This document shows, piece after piece, positions 63,336-64,000 of a DNA stretch of 64,000 nt. Source of the stretch: Antedon mediterranea (Eukaryota; Animalia; Echinodermata). The notes below the pieces were generated by a model. That model searched no databases, had not been told where the DNA came from, and saw only the letters and a program-made list of their open reading frames with translations. Location of the stretch: the NCBI RefSeq assembly GCF_964355755.1, contig NC_092670.1, positions 32,662,388 to 32,726,387 of the forward strand. The letters run 5' to 3'. How positions within the stretch are numbered: the stretch's first letter is position 1; each line of letters starts with the position of its first letter. A program made the position numbers and the translations under genes.

Positions 63336-63950
63336 TTTACCTCCGCCAAATAGGTATATATAGTCGATCGCGTGTGTGTTTTTCTGTTTGTTTGTTAGCC
63401 GGATTACTAAAAAAATAATTACAATATCTTTACCAAAATGCATCATTATAGATATGTGATCAAGGACCATTCAATTAAATTGGAGGCAATCCGGACAACC
63501 AGGGTCCCAATTCTGGAACTCCTTTTAGTATTATTTTTAGACCTGCTAGTGTTAAAAGATTGGAGAGAATTTTCAAAAGACGACGAGCAGTCTTAAAGTA
63601 ATAAGTAAGCTTTATTTGCATTTTCTAACTACTTGTCCAAAAAAGGCACGAATTATAATTTGTGATTTGTAACTTTAAAACACAATTTTATTTGATTTAC
63701 TGTTTTTTGATACGAGCAGTTTTAAAAAAACCTATTTCTTTTCAAATTCACCCGTTTGTTTTTTGGCGTTGCTTTTCTATTGTTAACTGAACTGAAAATA
63801 TTGTTAGTTGAATGGCTGGTTACATAACCATTAGACCAACTTCTCATACACATGCTTGTAGTGAAATTAGCCTGAATCACACACAGCATTTTCCCGGATA
63901 AATTTTACAGTAGGCGGAGGTATGGGTTCCAGGACGATTCGGCACACTTT
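63336..63950 (+). mobile_element. Helentron/DINE-like element (ACCTCCGCC subTIR family)
   Basis: TTTACCTCCGCCAA, then a (GTTT)n tract and TTAGCCGGATTAC; inverted GGCGGAGGTA at ~63913. Confidence 0.6.
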
Positions 63951-64000
63951 TGTGGGCCGAAACATCCCACTTTGTGTGCCGAACCTCTCACTTTTGACCA

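Overview
Eukaryotic, AT-rich, repeat-dense animal genomic DNA; an invertebrate deuterostome such as an echinoderm is plausible from the Deu-type SINEs and TAGGCCTA-rich promoter regions, but this is not provable here. I reconstructed three spliced housekeeping genes by hand: MMTAG2/C1orf35 (minus, 5 coding exons, 20936-28715), head-to-head with ERGIC3 (plus, 11 coding exons, 29320-42087), and ROMO1 (minus), nested inside ERGIC3 intron 8. A tandem family of probably secreted LamG/concanavalin-A-like proteins lies at 48.8-62.9 kb: two intact copies and one pseudogene broken by three transposon insertions. The rest is mostly non-autonomous transposons (hAT, PIF/Harbinger, Helentron/DINE-like, Kolobok-like, P-like, EnSpm-like), CR1/L2 fragments, SINEs, local duplications and a ~3.8 kb giant palindrome. 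The most unusual structures are a four-element nested stack of Helentron-like elements in ERGIC3 intron 8, a Harbinger-type element inserted into the internal palindrome of a copy of itself, the giant hairpin at 5.6-9.3 kb, and AGGCCTAG clusters at the 5' ends of all three housekeeping genes. No autonomous transposase, rRNA, true tRNA or CRISPR was seen. Superfamily calls rest on termini and target-site duplications (TSDs) only; all coordinates were read manually.
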